Source: an uncultured Oscillospiraceae bacterium
GTDB lineage: Bacteria; Bacillota; Clostridia; Oscillospirales; Oscillospiraceae
DNA length: 64,000 bases
Direction: 5' to 3'
Assembly: GCA_934654755.1 (NCBI GenBank)
Contig: CAKUGQ010000004.1
Span: forward strand, 52,224 to 116,223
Shown here: piece after piece, positions 1-9,302 of the stretch
How the letters are laid out: each line of letters opens with the position of its first letter
Numbering within the stretch: the stretch's first letter is position 1
Notes under the pieces: model-generated
What the model was told of the DNA's origin: nothing
What the model saw: only the letters and a program-made list of their open reading frames with translations
Database searches by the model: none
Translations under genes and position numbers: made by a program

Positions 1-65
1 CTGTATGAATTTGCCTTAGTGTTTTTCTACATATTGCATATACTCCTACCATGAGAGGGTATGAC

Positions 66-1355
66 ATGAAACAGTATTTGATTCAGGGTAGCCGTCCTTT
101 GACGGGCAGTGTCAGCATCAGCGGTGCAAAAAATGCCGCGGTCGCAATTTTACCTGCCACGCTGCTCATCAGCGGCACCTGCCGCATCGAAAATGTCCCG
201 GATATTTCCGACGTGCGCCTGTTGCTTGAAATTCTGGAAAGCATGGGCGCGCAGATCCGCCGCCTCAGCCCGAACACGCTGGAGATCTCCTGCGCCCATA
301 TCCGCGACACGGAGGCATCGGACACGCTCGTGCGCCGCATCCGCGCGTCGTATTACTTCATCGGCGCACAGCTCGGCCGCTTCGGCCATGCCCGTGTGGC
401 GCTGCCCGGCGGTTGCAACTTCGGCCTGCGGCCCATCGACCAGCACATCAAGGGCTTTGAAGCCATCGGTGCGACGGTCGAGCTGCAAAACGGCTACGTC
501 TGCGCCACCGCACCGCAGACGGGTCTGCGCGGCGCGCGCGTCAATCTGGACGTTGTTTCCGTCGGCGCAACGATGAACATCATGATCGGCGCGGTGCGCG
601 CACAGGGCACCACCGTCATCGAAAACGCCGCAAAAGAGCCGCATATTGTTGACCTTGCGAACTTCCTGAACGCGATGGGGGCAAACATCTCCGGCGCGGG
701 TACGGACGTCATCAAAATTCGCGGCAATACGCTGCTCCACGGCGGCAGCTATTCCATTATTCCCGACCAGATCGAAGCCGGAACGTATATGGCCGCCGTC
801 GCGGCTGCAGGCGGCGATGTGCTGATTCAGAACATCATTCCCAAACACATGGACTGCATCTCCGCCAAGCTGCGCGAGATGGGTGTAACCGTTACGGAGT
901 ACGACGATGCGCTGCGCGTGCAGCGCCCCGGCGCGCTGATCCGTGCAAACGTCAAGACTGCTCCCTATCCCGGCTTCCCGACGGATATGCAGCCGCAGAT
1001 TGCGGTGTGCATGTCTTTGGCCGAGGGCGTGAGCATCATTACGGAAAGCGTCTATGACACGCGCTTCGGCTATTGCTCGGAGCTGGGACGCATGGGCGCA
1101 CAAATCAAGGTAAACGGCAAAATCGCCGTCATTACCGGAACGGACAAGCTCCACGGTACGACCGTGCGCGCCTGCGATCTGCGCGCCGGTGCGGCGATGG
1201 TCATCGCGGCGCTGGCTGCCGACGGTGAGACGACCGTCGAAGGAATCGAATATATTGAACGCGGCTATGAGGAGCTGGTCTCCAAGCTGCAAAAGCTCGG
1301 CGCAAAGATCCGCAGGATCGAAAAGCCGGAGGCGGCCGCCGTCGCTGCCGGATAA
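66..1355 (+). CDS. murA: UDP-N-acetylglucosamine 1-carboxyvinyltransferase
   Basis: Translation matches the MurA fold over its full length (GxxPLxGxVxISGAKNAA N-terminus, about 430 aa). GAGAGG RBS 7 nt before the ATG at 66; the ATG at 51 lacks an RBS. Confidence 0.88.
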   Translation: MKQYLIQGSRPLTGSVSISGAKNAAVAILPATLLISGTCRIENVPDISDVRLLLEILESMGAQIRRLSPNTLEISCAHIRDTEASDTLVRRIRASYYFIGAQLGRFGHARVALPGGCNFGLRPIDQHIKGFEAIGATVELQNGYVCATAPQTGLRGARVNLDVVSVGATMNIMIGAVRAQGTTVIENAAKEPHIVDLANFLNAMGANISGAGTDVIKIRGNTLLHGGSYSIIPDQIEAGTYMAAVAAAGGDVLIQNIIPKHMDCISAKLREMGVTVTEYDDALRVQRPGALIRANVKTAPYPGFPTDMQPQIAVCMSLAEGVSIITESVYDTRFGYCSELGRMGAQIKVNGKIAVITGTDKLHGTTVRACDLRAGAAMVIAALAADGETTVEGIEYIERGYEELVSKLQKLGAKIRRIEKPEAAAVAAG

Positions 1356-1366
1356 TGAACTCAGAC

Positions 1367-1408
1367 ACAAAATTCCCGCCTGCCGTTCGTGGCAGGCGGG
1401 AATTCTTT
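1367..1408. terminator. Bidirectional intrinsic terminator between convergent murA and trxA
   Basis: aattcccgcctgcc-gttcg-tggcaggcgggaatt stem-loop flanked by A/T runs. Confidence 0.5.
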
Positions 1409-1419
1409 TCATGGGCGAA

Positions 1420-1728
1420 TTATTTCAGCAGGTCTTCGAAATCCTCGATCGGGCGATAGCCGACAAGCGTCTGTTCAAGCTTGCCCTCGCGGAACAGCAG
1501 CACCGTCGGAATGCTCGTAATACCGAACTGCCGCGCAAGCTCCAGCTGCTCGTCCACATTGCACTTGCCGACCTTGGCCCTGCCATCGTACTCCTGCGCA
1601 AACTCCTCAAGGATCGGCGCAAGCATCCGGCAGGGGCCGCACCACGTCGCCCAGAAGTCCACCAGCACCGGCAGACTGCTTTGCAGCACCTCCTGCTCGA
1701 AGTTTTCCTTCGTGATCGTGTATTCCAT
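1420..1728 (-). CDS. trxA: Thioredoxin
   Basis: WCGPC active-site motif (VDFWATWCGPCRMLAPILEE). Start MEYTITKENFEQ gives about 103 aa, whereas the longer ORF start gives a non-thioredoxin leader. Confidence 0.85.
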   Translation of the reverse strand: MEYTITKENFEQEVLQSSLPVLVDFWATWCGPCRMLAPILEEFAQEYDGRAKVGKCNVDEQLELARQFGITSIPTVLLFREGKLEQTLVGYRPIEDFEDLLK

Positions 1729-2027
1729 GGAAACAAATCTCCTTTCGTTTTCTTTAAGAATATCACACGGTACGCAGATTTGCAAGCGGCAAGCCTCTTG
1801 ACAAGCAAAATTTGCAGCGATATAATAAGAGAAAAGGAACGGAGGGAGAGCAATGCGCACGATGTTTACAGATAGCCGGATCGTAGCAGGAATCTGCCCC
1901 CCCGTATTTTCGCAGTTTAAATCATCGTTTTATCCGAGCCGTCAAAGGGGTTCTACGCCTCTTTGATGGCTCTTTTTGCGCTTTTTAGGAAAAATCACGC
2001 CGAAATCAAGCGGAAAGGAGCATCACA

Positions 2028-2501
2028 ATGGATTCTGCCAGGTTGGTCGCGCTGTTTGCGCTGTATCTTGTGGCGGGGCTGTTCACGCTGCGCTTTTTGA
2101 AAAAGCGCGGGCTGCGCGTGGCCTACGTCGTATATCTGATTGCCTTTGTGGCGCTCTTTACCTATATCCCTTATATGACAGGAAGCCGTCTGATGTACCG
2201 CTTCCTCTGCTGGTTTATGCACGAGCGCGCCGTAACGATTCTGGAGCATAAGCTCATTTATCCGGTTGCGGCGTCGCTTCCGTACTTCAGCGTGTCATTT
2301 GTCGTTGCTATTCTTCTCTCCCTTTTCCTTTGCGCTTCTCTCGCGGTTTTGGCGGTCTCGCTGCTGCGCATTGTGTGCAGACGCCTCAAGCGCCTGTTTG
2401 ATGAGCCCGCCGGGAAGCGCCGTACAAGCTCTCTCCGCACCGCCGGTTTGCTCGCCCCCGAGCGCCCGGCACGATACCGGTTTTGCCGTTTGAATTGTTG
2501 A
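2028..2501 (+). CDS. Hypothetical integral membrane protein
   Basis: 157-aa ORF with about 4 hydrophobic helices and a GGAG-like RBS (aaaggagcatcacaATG). No recognisable family. Confidence 0.4.
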   Translation: MDSARLVALFALYLVAGLFTLRFLKKRGLRVAYVVYLIAFVALFTYIPYMTGSRLMYRFLCWFMHERAVTILEHKLIYPVAASLPYFSVSFVVAILLSLFLCASLAVLAVSLLRIVCRRLKRLFDEPAGKRRTSSLRTAGLLAPERPARYRFCRLNC

Positions 2502-2548
2502 TATTTCCCTTGAAAAGTTCATATGGAGCAGTAGGAGCGCAAAAATGA

Positions 2549-2720
2549 CGCGCCCAAGGCCTTCCCCTTGAGGGGAAGGTGCCGAGCACCGCGAGGCGGA
2601 TGAGGTGTCCGCCTCGCAGCGGCGGTCATGTCATTGCGAGACCCCATAGGGGTCGTGGCAATCTCCTGTAAAACCTTGCATCAGATTGCCGCGTCGGGCT
2701 GCGCCCTCCTCGCAATGACA
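2549..2720. repeat. Composite palindromic intergenic repeat cluster (family copy 1)
   Basis: Modules CCTTCCCCTTGAGGGGAAGG, GATGAGGTGTCCGCC and GTCATTGCGAG...GTGGCAATCTCCTG...CAGATTGCCGCGTCG...CTCGCAATGAC. The same modules recur in 10 other intergenic sites. Confidence 0.75.
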
Positions 2721-2787
2721 AGCATCCTACTCCTCCCCAAGCCTGCGCCCATTGGCGCGAATGATGAAACTTAAAAGGAGAAATATC

Positions 2788-4662
2788 ATGTTAAAATTAA
2801 ATAAGGAGGGCTTTACGATCGTCGAACTGGTGATCGTAATCGCCGTCGTCGCCATTCTGGCGGCGGTGCTCATCCCGACCTTTATCGGTCTGATGCAGAC
2901 GGCCAAGACGTCCGCAGACATTCAGCTCGTGACCAGTCTGAACAAGGTTATGGCCATGCAGGAAGCCCTCGACGGCAAGAACGGCACCATGTACAACGCC
3001 CTGCAGGATGCGAAGGCCAACGGCTACGACCTGTCCAAGCTGACCCCGACCTCCGAGGGCAACGACATCGTATGGGATCAGTCCACCGACCGTTTCGCGC
3101 TGGTAAATCCCGCGGATAACACAGGCGATAACATTCTGTTCTGGGACGAGAGTCTGACTAAGCCGAGCGTTGGAACAGCGGACATCCACAAGCTCTGGAA
3201 GATTTATGACAAAGAGACCGGTATTCCCGAAACACAGACCTACTCCATCTACTGGGCGGGCACGACCGCTCCCTCGCTCACAACCCTGACCGTTGGCTTT
3301 GACGCAGGCGAGTGCAGAGTTATTGATACAATCGAATATAAGCATAGTGGTGCTGCGCGGACTGTCATAATTCGCACCAATGGTGAGAACCTGACCGTGA
3401 CCGCGGAACAGGACACCGTGAACCATTATGGCAATGCCGAACACGTCGATGTGATCGCGGTAGCCAAGAGCTCCTACCATGAGTACGGCACCACCTGTCT
3501 GATTTCCATCACCTCCGGTCGTATCGTGTTTGAAACGGAAGAGGCTTCCAAGACCGCAGTTTTTGTGAAGGGCAAGGAAGCCATCGTCGCTGTAGCGGAA
3601 AGTGTTCCGATGCCTGAGACAATGATGCGCGCAACCGAGGTTAACTCTTTTGAACTCCAGACGGTAACAGCCACGGGTGAGATCATTACGAAAACCACGA
3701 TTTCTGTCAGCAATGGCCGTGTTACCCTTAATACGACCGATAAGGACGGCAAGGAAGCTGCAACTCCCGCTTCCGTGAGTGCCATTCAGACAAGCCTGAG
3801 CACCGCCAAGTTCGAGGATGCCGCGAAAGCCTATCTCCCCGTGGAGGTAGGTACGGTTGATGCATTTATGACAGCTCTAAACGGGAATGCAAAAACCATT
3901 AAGCTGACGAATGACCTGTCGTTCACCAGTTGTATTGAGATCGAACGTAGCCTAACAATTGACGGCAACGGTCACAGCATCAAAGGCAGTGCCAACAGAG
4001 TCATTCGCATTACCAGGCCCAACCTGACGGTTCTGTTCAAGGATCTTGGGATTATTTCCACTTGCATTGCTCCCACAGATGTCAGAGGTCTCAGCCTTGA
4101 CAATGACATCGCCAATTGCAAAGTGACGCTTGACCACTGCTCTGTCTCAGCCTCGTACTATGCGATCAACCTGTGCCCCACAGACAACATTGAACTGACA
4201 ATCAAGCACGGAAGCGTTTCTGCCGGCTGGGCAGCAATCAACTCGTATTCCAACAATTCTAAATTCGTGATTGAAGATTCAGTCCTTTCCGGTCTGAATG
4301 ATAAGACGGAAAGCCAATGGAACAACTTTAGCACGATTGTGTTTGATGGCAACGGCCTAGAGACTGTTTCAGAGTCCGGTAAACATGGAACAAATAATAC
4401 CGTACAGCTGACCAATACGACAGTTTATGCTTCCTCAGTAAATGGTAACAACCAAGCATGGTTGGGCATTCAATACGGTGCAAAAGACAACACAATTACC
4501 GCAGACAGCAAAACCAAGATTATCGATACAGACGGTAACGATCAAAGCTCTAACATTTCGGTTAATGCCTATCTTGGAAAAAATTCTGACGAAAACACAT
4601 ACAACGTCAATAGCACCGTGGTAATTAACGGTGTCGAAACAAAGCTGAGTGGCAACCGATGA
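2788..4662 (+). CDS. Large prepilin-type protein: N-terminal cleavage/methylation domain plus a beta-helix-like C-terminal domain
   Basis: AGGAGA RBS before the ATG at 2788. N-terminus KEGFTIVELVIVIAVVAILAAVLIP is a class III (type IV pilin) signal. The remaining about 600 aa is Thr/Asn/Gly-rich with repetitive beta-strand-like segments. Confidence 0.72.
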   Translation: MLKLNKEGFTIVELVIVIAVVAILAAVLIPTFIGLMQTAKTSADIQLVTSLNKVMAMQEALDGKNGTMYNALQDAKANGYDLSKLTPTSEGNDIVWDQSTDRFALVNPADNTGDNILFWDESLTKPSVGTADIHKLWKIYDKETGIPETQTYSIYWAGTTAPSLTTLTVGFDAGECRVIDTIEYKHSGAARTVIIRTNGENLTVTAEQDTVNHYGNAEHVDVIAVAKSSYHEYGTTCLISITSGRIVFETEEASKTAVFVKGKEAIVAVAESVPMPETMMRATEVNSFELQTVTATGEIITKTTISVSNGRVTLNTTDKDGKEAATPASVSAIQTSLSTAKFEDAAKAYLPVEVGTVDAFMTALNGNAKTIKLTNDLSFTSCIEIERSLTIDGNGHSIKGSANRVIRITRPNLTVLFKDLGIISTCIAPTDVRGLSLDNDIANCKVTLDHCSVSASYYAINLCPTDNIELTIKHGSVSAGWAAINSYSNNSKFVIEDSVLSGLNDKTESQWNNFSTIVFDGNGLETVSESGKHGTNNTVQLTNTTVYASSVNGNNQAWLGIQYGAKDNTITADSKTKIIDTDGNDQSSNISVNAYLGKNSDENTYNVNSTVVINGVETKLSGNR

Positions 4663-4682
4663 GTTTATCCCATGTAATGAAT

Positions 4683-4716
4683 CCTGCGGGGCGGCATTGC
4701 CGCCCCGCACTTTTTT
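4683..4716 (+). terminator. Intrinsic terminator
   Basis: tgcggggcggcattgccgccccgca followed by TTTTTTT. Confidence 0.6.
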
Positions 4717-4730
4717 TGCGCCGCCACGCG

Positions 4731-4932
4731 GCGCAAAGGCTTCCCCTTGAGGGGAAGCTGGCTGCGGAGTGAAACGACGCAGACTGATGAGGTGTAGCCC
4801 ACGAATGTGGGCGTGTCATAATCAGGCCGCCTTCGGCGGACACCTCATCCGCCTCGCTGCGCTCGGCACCTTCCCCTCAAGGGGAAGGCTTTGGGGTGCG
4901 GCGCACGAGATTGCCACGGGCGCAGCTCCGCA
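4731..4932. repeat. Composite palindromic intergenic repeat cluster (copy 2)
   Basis: Contains CTTCCCCTTGAGGGGAAG twice and GGCGGACACCTCATC (inverse of the copy-1 module), and ends with ...GAGATTGCCACGGGCGC. Confidence 0.7.
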
Positions 4933-5021
4933 GTGACATTACCGCTGCGCGTTAAAAAATCCACCGGCGCTTTACAATACGCCGGCGGTGCGATATAATA
5001 GGCAAAAAAGGAGGCTTTTTT

Positions 5022-5501
5022 ATGCAGGATTATGTTTCGCTGGCGAAGTCGTCCGGATTTACGGACGCAGCGCTCCTGCCGGTGCGGGAGCTGGTTGTTG
5101 TACCGGAGTATCGACAGTTTTGTGAGCAGAACCTCTGCGGCAATTATGATGTGCTTCCGGCCTGCCCGCCGATGAGCGGCACGGTCGAGGAAATGACCGC
5201 CGCCATGCGGAAATACCGGACGGCGTTGGTGCTGACGACCGTTGTAACGCCTGTCAATTATATGGACACGGCGGAGCAGAGAGCCGCAAAAAAGCACCAG
5301 AATCTGATGACCGAGCAGCTTATGGAGGCAATGCGAGCCGACGGCCTGGACGATCTTCTGATGATGGGCGCAGGACCGTGGAAGAATGCGTCCTGCATGT
5401 CGGCCTATTGCGTGGACGCACAAAAAATGGCCGATGCCGTGCACATGAAATGCTGGGAAAACGACGGCAAAATCCGCTATTTTTCCCTGATTCTGTTCTG
5501 A
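5022..5501 (+). CDS. DUF2284-like predicted metal-binding protein
   Basis: Cys pattern EQNLCGNYDVLPACPP and a GGAGG RBS. The family assignment is from memory of the DUF2284 motif, not a search. Confidence 0.5.
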   Translation: MQDYVSLAKSSGFTDAALLPVRELVVVPEYRQFCEQNLCGNYDVLPACPPMSGTVEEMTAAMRKYRTALVLTTVVTPVNYMDTAEQRAAKKHQNLMTEQLMEAMRADGLDDLLMMGAGPWKNASCMSAYCVDAQKMADAVHMKCWENDGKIRYFSLILF

Positions 5502-5559
5502 CACCCGATTTCGGCGGCAGCGCCTTCTCCCCACCCTTGCGCAAAGAGCGCAGCCCGAT

Positions 5560-5652
5560 GCTGTCATTGCGAGGAGCGAGGCGACGCGGCAATCTAATGT
5601 GGGATTTGACAGGAGATTGCCACGACTTGCTGACGCAAGTCTCGCAATGACA
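5560..5652. repeat. Palindromic intergenic repeat (copy 3)
   Basis: GTCATTGCGAGGAGCGAGGCGACGCGGCAATCT...GATTGCCACGACTTGCTGACGCAAGTCTCGCAATGAC. Confidence 0.7.
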
Positions 5653-5707
5653 TATCGGCAGACTGCCGCGGGCGGTAGCGAGGCTCTTTCTTAAAACAAA
5701 AATAATA

Positions 5708-5745
5708 ATTATTCTTATTGACAAACGGATAATCTTGGTATATAC
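5708..5745 (+). promoter_or_regulatory. Candidate sigma-A promoter for the flavodiiron gene
   Basis: TTGACA followed 15-18 nt later by TATATACT in an AT-rich leader upstream of 5794. Confidence 0.3.
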
Positions 5746-5793
5746 TGTTCTCAGAAATAGCGGGCGTTCCCAAAAACGGAGGAGGATATTCCA

Positions 5794-7587
5794 ATGCTGA
5801 AAAAAGTAACGAACTCGATTTTTTATGTAGGTGAGAACGATCACGAGATAGACCTGTTTGAGGGGCAGTATGTCGTCCCCAACGGCATGGCCTACAATTC
5901 CTACGTGATTCTGGATGACAAGATCGCAGTGATGGACACCATTGACGCGTCCAAGACTTCCCAATGGCTGGAAAACATCCGTGCGGTTCTGGGCGGACGC
6001 CTGCCGGACTATCTGGTGGTGCAGCATATGGAGCCGGATCACGCCGCCTCCGTGGAGGCATTTATACAGACCTATCCCGCCGTTACCGTAGTGGCAAACA
6101 AAAAGACCTTTGCCATGATCGGTCAGTTCTTCCCCCGCCTGACGCTGAAGAACACCCTGTGCGTTGAGAATATGGGCACATTATCTCTCGGCGTTCATAC
6201 TCTGACCTTCGCCTTTGCGCCCATGGTTCACTGGCCTGAGGTTATGATGACCTACGACGCCCACGACAAGGTTCTGTTCTCTGCCGACGGCTTTGGAAAA
6301 TTCGGCGCACTGGATGCGAACGAGCCCTGGGACGACGAGGCACGGCGTTATTACATCGGCATTGTGGGAAAATACGGCAAGCAGGTGCAGAACGTGCTCA
6401 AGGTTGCGGCTGCGCTGGATATTGAAATCATCTGTCCCCTTCACGGCCCGGTGCTTACACAGAATCTGGGGCATTATCTCCGCCTGTACGACCTCTGGTC
6501 CAGCTACACCCCCGAGGAGGAGGGCGTCGTAATCGCCTACACTTCCGTCTATGGCCACACTAGGGAGGCGGTTTTGCTTCTTGAGGAAGCGCTGCGACGC
6601 AGCGGCGCGCCCAAGGTCGTGGTATATGACCTTGCCCGCTGCGATATGGCCGCCGCCGTTGCCGATGCTTTCCGTTATGACAAGCTGGTACTGGCAACAA
6701 CGACCTACAACGCCGATGTGTTCCCCTATATGCGCACATTCCTGGATAAGCTCACCGAGCGCAATTTCCAAAACCGTACCGTAGCGATGATCGAAAACGG
6801 TTCTTGGGCTCCCACGGCGATCCGCGTAATGAAGAAGATGCTGGAGGGCTGCACCGGGATCACCTACACGAAAAACAATGTGACCATTCTCTCCGCCCTG
6901 AATGTACAAACCTCCGAGAATATCCGGACGATGGCGCAGGAGCTGGCGGCTTCCTACGTCCCCGTGAAGGTGGACGAGGGCTTTGTGGACCCCACCGCGC
7001 TGTTCCATATCGGCTATGGGCTGTACGTAGTCACCACCAACGACGGCGTTCGGGATAACGGGCTGGTGGTCAACACGGTCTGCCAGGTCACCGACGCACC
7101 GAAACGCGTGTCCGTTGCCGTCAATAAGCAGAACTACTCCTGCGGAACCATTGCCAAAACCGGAAAGCTGAACATCTCCGTCCTGTCGCAGGATGCACCG
7201 TTCAAACTGTTCCGGCATTTCGGCTTCCAATCCGGCAGGGACACCGACAAATTTGACGCCTTCCGTCACGCGCAGCGCTCCGCCAACGGTCTGATGTTCC
7301 TGGATAAATACGCCAATGCCTACATTTCCTGCAAAGTCGTCAGTCAGATCGACGTGGGTACCCATATGCTGTTCCTCTGCGATGTGACGCAGTGCGTTAC
7401 TCTGAGCCAGACTCCCTCCATGACCTATGCCTACTATTTCAGCAATGTCAAGCCCAAGCCCGAAACCGACAAGAAGGGCTTTGTGTGTAAGATCTGCGGC
7501 TGGGTATATGAAGGCGATACGCTGCCGGAGGATATTGTATGCCCCCTGTGCAAGCACGGGGCGGCAGACTTCGAGCCAATCGGATAA
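5794..7587 (+). CDS. Multidomain flavodiiron protein (FprA core + flavin-reductase-like domain + C-terminal rubredoxin)
   Basis: N-terminal metallo-beta-lactamase-like region (HMEPDH) plus flavodoxin-like region. A flavin-reductase-like segment follows (ALFHIGYGLYVVTTNDG...). The C-terminus has a rubredoxin CxxC...CPxC motif (CKICGWVYEGD...CPLCKHG). Confidence 0.85.
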   Translation: MLKKVTNSIFYVGENDHEIDLFEGQYVVPNGMAYNSYVILDDKIAVMDTIDASKTSQWLENIRAVLGGRLPDYLVVQHMEPDHAASVEAFIQTYPAVTVVANKKTFAMIGQFFPRLTLKNTLCVENMGTLSLGVHTLTFAFAPMVHWPEVMMTYDAHDKVLFSADGFGKFGALDANEPWDDEARRYYIGIVGKYGKQVQNVLKVAAALDIEIICPLHGPVLTQNLGHYLRLYDLWSSYTPEEEGVVIAYTSVYGHTREAVLLLEEALRRSGAPKVVVYDLARCDMAAAVADAFRYDKLVLATTTYNADVFPYMRTFLDKLTERNFQNRTVAMIENGSWAPTAIRVMKKMLEGCTGITYTKNNVTILSALNVQTSENIRTMAQELAASYVPVKVDEGFVDPTALFHIGYGLYVVTTNDGVRDNGLVVNTVCQVTDAPKRVSVAVNKQNYSCGTIAKTGKLNISVLSQDAPFKLFRHFGFQSGRDTDKFDAFRHAQRSANGLMFLDKYANAYISCKVVSQIDVGTHMLFLCDVTQCVTLSQTPSMTYAYYFSNVKPKPETDKKGFVCKICGWVYEGDTLPEDIVCPLCKHGAADFEPIG

Positions 7588-7593
7588 AGAACG

Positions 7594-7632
7594 ACGCTCC
7601 CGGCAGGAGACTTCCCGCCGGGAGCGTCATTT
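7594..7632 (+). terminator. Intrinsic terminator after the flavodiiron gene
   Basis: gacgctcccggc-aggagacttc-ccgccgggagcgtc followed by ATTTT. Confidence 0.6.
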
Positions 7633-7683
7633 TCCGCACGCCCTTCGTTTTGCCCTGAACAAAGCCGCTCCAGAATAGAAAAA

Positions 7684-7732
7684 TCGAGTATTCATAAAGT
7701 CAAATCCCTTATGAATACTCGTATGAATACTC
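7684..7732. repeat. Inverted plus direct 12-bp repeat at the left island edge
   Basis: cgagtattcata ... tatgaatactcg tatgaatactcg, sitting at the GC transition. Confidence 0.4.
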
Positions 7733-7809
7733 GATATGTAAAAGACGAGCGAGATGTCAGTGTTAAAGGTAAGAAAAGCTCTTTGTCAGCGGCTTATGGC
7801 TGAGCATTC

Positions 7810-8001
7810 TCAGCGCTCGTCAACCTTCTGTACTTCTTCCACTACGCTGCATTCCTCCCATGTACCACGATCACCGCTGCGCCTGAGATAGCATTTTCCC
7901 CCGTCGACGGCGCAAGCACCACAGGAGCACATCCGGAAGTCGTGGACAGTCTCGCTCTCGATCACATCTCCGCATTTCAAACAGCGAATGCGATTATGCA
8001 C
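7810..8001 (-). CDS. Small Cys-rich (zinc-ribbon-like) protein
   Basis: 63 aa with CxxC...CxCxxC (CLKCGD...CSCGAC). Non-ATG (GTG) start. No known family recognised. Confidence 0.3.
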   Translation of the reverse strand: MHNRIRCLKCGDVIESETVHDFRMCSCGACAVDGGKCYLRRSGDRGTWEECSVVEEVQKVDER

Positions 8002-8252
8002 AATCCGCTATTTCTTTTTCATTCTCATTTTCCTTTCGTTTCAAAAGAACTGAATGACTGCGATTGCGAAATCACTTTCAAAGGATTATTTGCAGACGCA
8101 CACTACGGTGAAAACCGCAAGTAACAACATTGAAAGGCAGTAATTATGAGACAAACAAACTACGCTGCCGTTTCAATCATATTTTTATATACACAATTTT
8201 CTGCAACAGAAACGGCAGACAAAAAGAAATTAAAATCAGGAGGAAAAACCTT

Positions 8253-8537
8253 ATGAAAGAAACGAAAATGTCTGCCGAAAAGGTAGTAAAAGAACCTAAA
8301 CCGAAGCTTATAAACATTAAGCTTGAAAAGCTTCACCCATTTGAGGATCACCCTTACAAGGTGCTTGATGATGTGTCAATGACGGAGCTTGTTAAAAGCA
8401 TAAAAGAATACGGACTTCTAAACCGCATTATCGTCCGCCCGCTTGAGGATAAACAGTATGAATTCATATTTCTAAAAGCATGCATTTCATATCCTCCGTT
8501 TCGAACTTTATTTCGGAATATTTTCAAACCCTGTTGA
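8253..8537 (+). pseudogene. ParB-like N-terminal nuclease-domain fragment (truncated)
   Basis: AGGAGG RBS, then KLHPFEDHPYKV...LLNRIIVRP (ParB/Srx box). The ORF then terminates after about 90 aa with no HTH or C-terminal domain. Confidence 0.5.
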
Positions 8538-8603
8538 CAAAACTATCATTGTAATGATATAATATGGTTGTGTCATCACAATGATATAGGGAGGCTTGGT
8601 TTT

Positions 8604-9302
8604 ATGAGCACAATTCAATTACTTCACGGAACGGATCACATCATCGAGGTTCCGGATATCAATATCGGTAATCCGCACAATGACTACGGAAGAGGCTTTT
8701 ACTGCTCCCGTGTCGATGAAATGGCGCGGGAGTGGGCCTGCAAAAAGAACACAGACGGCTTTGTAAATGTCTATGACTTTGACGAAGGCGGGCTGAAAGT
8801 ACTGAACCTGCTGAGCGGCAATCATACGGTTCTCAACTGGATTGCCTTGCTTCTTCAGTTCCGTACCTTCAAACTCGATTCCGAGGTTGCCGTTGACGCT
8901 CGGGATTATATCATCGAGCATTACTCGGTTGATCTTTCCGGCTACGACATTGTTGTCGGATACCGCGCGGACGATTCTTACTTTCAGTATGCTGAATCCT
9001 TTGTGTCCAACACGCTTCCTCTCAGAAGTCTGAACCAGGCACTTCGTCTCGGTAAGCTCGGCGAACAAACCGTTGTTATCTCGCAAAGAGGATTTGAGCG
9101 TTTGAAGTTTGTCGATGCATATTCGGTCGATAAGAATGTCTATTATCCCAAGTTCTTGGATAGAGACACCAAAGCGAGAGATACTTATCGTAAAGAAATC
9201 AAGAAGACAAAATCATATCGTGATGATATCTTTGTACTTGACATCTTGAGAGAGGAGATGAGCAATGATGACCCACGCATACAACGAATCCTATTTGAGT
9301 AA
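8604..9302 (+). CDS. DUF3990-family protein
   Basis: MSTIQLLHGTDHIIEVPDINIGNPHNDYGRGFYC is typical of DUF3990 (family assigned from memory). GGAGG RBS. Confidence 0.55.
   Translation: MSTIQLLHGTDHIIEVPDINIGNPHNDYGRGFYCSRVDEMAREWACKKNTDGFVNVYDFDEGGLKVLNLLSGNHTVLNWIALLLQFRTFKLDSEVAVDARDYIIEHYSVDLSGYDIVVGYRADDSYFQYAESFVSNTLPLRSLNQALRLGKLGEQTVVISQRGFERLKFVDAYSVDKNVYYPKFLDRDTKARDTYRKEIKKTKSYRDDIFVLDILREEMSNDDPRIQRILFE

Noticed and set aside
150-1412. 420-aa ORF antisense to murA
   Set aside because: Typical high-GC antisense open frame with no RBS or domain signature. murA on the opposite strand is unambiguous.
5378-5650. Short ORFs with HCHCE / SLRGAKRRGNL / VIARS peptides (also 20404-20793, 26848-27333, 36239-36712, 47590-47906)
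   Set aside because: These are translations of the palindromic repeat family (CATTGCGAG reads as HCE). They recur in varying frames and orientations and are not protein-coding.
6181-7557. 458-aa ORF antisense to the flavodiiron gene
   Set aside because: Same GC-driven artefact. The sense strand encodes three recognisable domains.
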